DNA from: Candidatus Aenigmatarchaeota archaeon
GTDB taxonomy: Archaea; Aenigmatarchaeota; Aenigmatarchaeia; Aenigmatarchaeales; Aenigmatarchaeaceae
Direction of reading: 5' to 3'
Assembly (NCBI GenBank): GCA_016933455.1
Contig: JAFGAZ010000020.1
Span: 119-64,118 of the forward strand
Length of the DNA stretch: 64,000 nt
Below are positions 63,113-64,000 of the stretch, one piece after another. The position numbers and the translations under genes were made by a program. The notes beneath the pieces are model-generated. The model searched no databases, had not been told where the DNA came from, and saw only the letters and a program-made list of their open reading frames with translations. Position 1 is the first letter of the stretch. Each line of letters begins with the position of its first letter.

Positions 63113-63430
63113 ATGCAAAAAGCCCAAAAAAATATCTTCGAGAAACTGTTTCTGCACCCCAAGCCAGTCAAGATGCTCACCATGCTAAAGAACGAGGACA
63201 TACAGTATGCGACTCAGGTCTCAAAAGTGGTCGATTGCACCTATTCGCACACCGTAAAGGTGCTTGATATGTTCAAAAAACTGGGCCTTGTTGTGTTCGA
63301 AAAGAAGGGCAGGATCAAATTGGTCAAACTAACTGATGAGGGAATGGACATTGCCCATGACTTTGAGGGCATTCGAAGAAAGTTCTCCAAGCTTCCCGGC
63401 AAGGAAAAAACTGTAACTCCTAAAAAGTAG
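63113..63430 (+). CDS. small winged-helix transcriptional regulator
   Basis: 105 aa with the wHTH pattern ATQVSKVVDCTYSHTVKVLDMFKKLGLVVFEKKGRIKLVKLTDEG. Confidence 0.65.
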   Translation: MQKAQKNIFEKLFLHPKPVKMLTMLKNEDIQYATQVSKVVDCTYSHTVKVLDMFKKLGLVVFEKKGRIKLVKLTDEGMDIAHDFEGIRRKFSKLPGKEKTVTPKK

Positions 63431-63636
63431 GAAAGCTGTTTTTTTGGTATAAGCATTGGCACCAATTTTTAATCTCGGACAGTTGACGCTTATTTCTAAC
63501 AATTCCAAATAGTGTTTGTCGCGCCATCAGGATCAAATGCTCAGATATATGGCTCATGGACATATCTGTGAACTGCATAATCCATATATTTTTGAATACG
63601 GACACTTGATATTAATCTAGTAAAAACAGTGGTTTT

Positions 63637-63975
63637 ATGAAGGAATTATTGCTTTGGCTCTATGGGAAGAGCGCTCGCAATGCGCACATTAGGGACATGG
63701 CTGAAAGGGCTATCAAGATCCTAAAGAAAGAGGGCTCGATGGAGTACCAGGAGCTGGCCAAAGCTTTGGGAATTGAGCTAAACAAGTACCAAAAGCCCAA
63801 GAGGACCTTCTATTTTGTGATAAATCCCTTGAAAAAGATACAGCTGATACAGGATCGTAGGATCTTTGAGGACAAGGAGAAGAAAAAGTACAAGACTGTT
63901 TATTTCTTCAATCCGGACGCCTTCTATGGCTATATGAAAAGGGTTCTTGATGACTTTTATTCCAAAGTAAAGTGA
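63637..63975 (+). CDS. hypothetical protein, possible HTH
   Basis: 112 aa. An HTH is only weakly suggested (ILKKEGSMEYQELAKALGIE). Confidence 0.45.
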   Translation: MKELLLWLYGKSARNAHIRDMAERAIKILKKEGSMEYQELAKALGIELNKYQKPKRTFYFVINPLKKIQLIQDRRIFEDKEKKKYKTVYFFNPDAFYGYMKRVLDDFYSKVK

Positions 63976-64000
63976 GATTTGGCTGAAAATTATAAGGCTA

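Overview
This window is a gene-dense segment of an archaeal chromosome. The archaeal assignment rests on an HMf-type histone, Orc1/Cdc6, a family-B DNA polymerase, RadA, RPA, archaeal DnaG, AglB and secFD. GC content is about 40% by eye. The small-genome, DPANN-like lineage is my inference only. I call about 60 protein genes and found no rRNA, tRNA, CRISPR, integrase or transposase.

Content from left to right:
- 1-4.5 kb: aminoacyl-tRNA synthetases (serS partial, tyrS), purine salvage genes and a beta-CASP RNase.
- 5.0-12.6 kb: a small secreted protein of unknown function, then two paralogous giant surface proteins very rich in N-x-S/T sequons.
- 12.7-31.9 kb: an N-glycosylation locus. It holds a Wzx-like flippase, aglB, four GT2 enzymes and a second GT-C enzyme. 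It also carries five B12-binding radical SAM paralogues, one SPASM radical SAM enzyme, two SAM methyltransferases and a geranylgeranyl-reductase homologue.
- 32-38 kb: secFD, a TctA-like permease, and a membrane-tethered wHTH regulator with a palindromic operator.
- 38.2-46.5 kb: a replication block. It contains polB with a C-terminal zinc ribbon, a truncated DP1/B-subunit-like gene, orc1/cdc6 next to an AT-rich candidate origin, and Toprim/dnaG.
- 46.5-51.6 kb: four peptidases in a row.
- 51.6-54.8 kb: nrdR-nrdD-nrdG with an NrdR-box-like palindrome.
- 55.5-59 kb: a small-ORF block centred on a 574-nt non-coding array of TTCACGTGAA palindromes, next to an AAA+/wHTH gene.
- 59-64 kb: radA, rpa, a histone and small wHTH genes.

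The best candidates for new biology are the radical-SAM-rich glycosylation locus, the palindrome array as a candidate second origin or iteron site, and the polB/DP1-like pairing. All functional calls come from motif reading and remembered family features. No database search was run.
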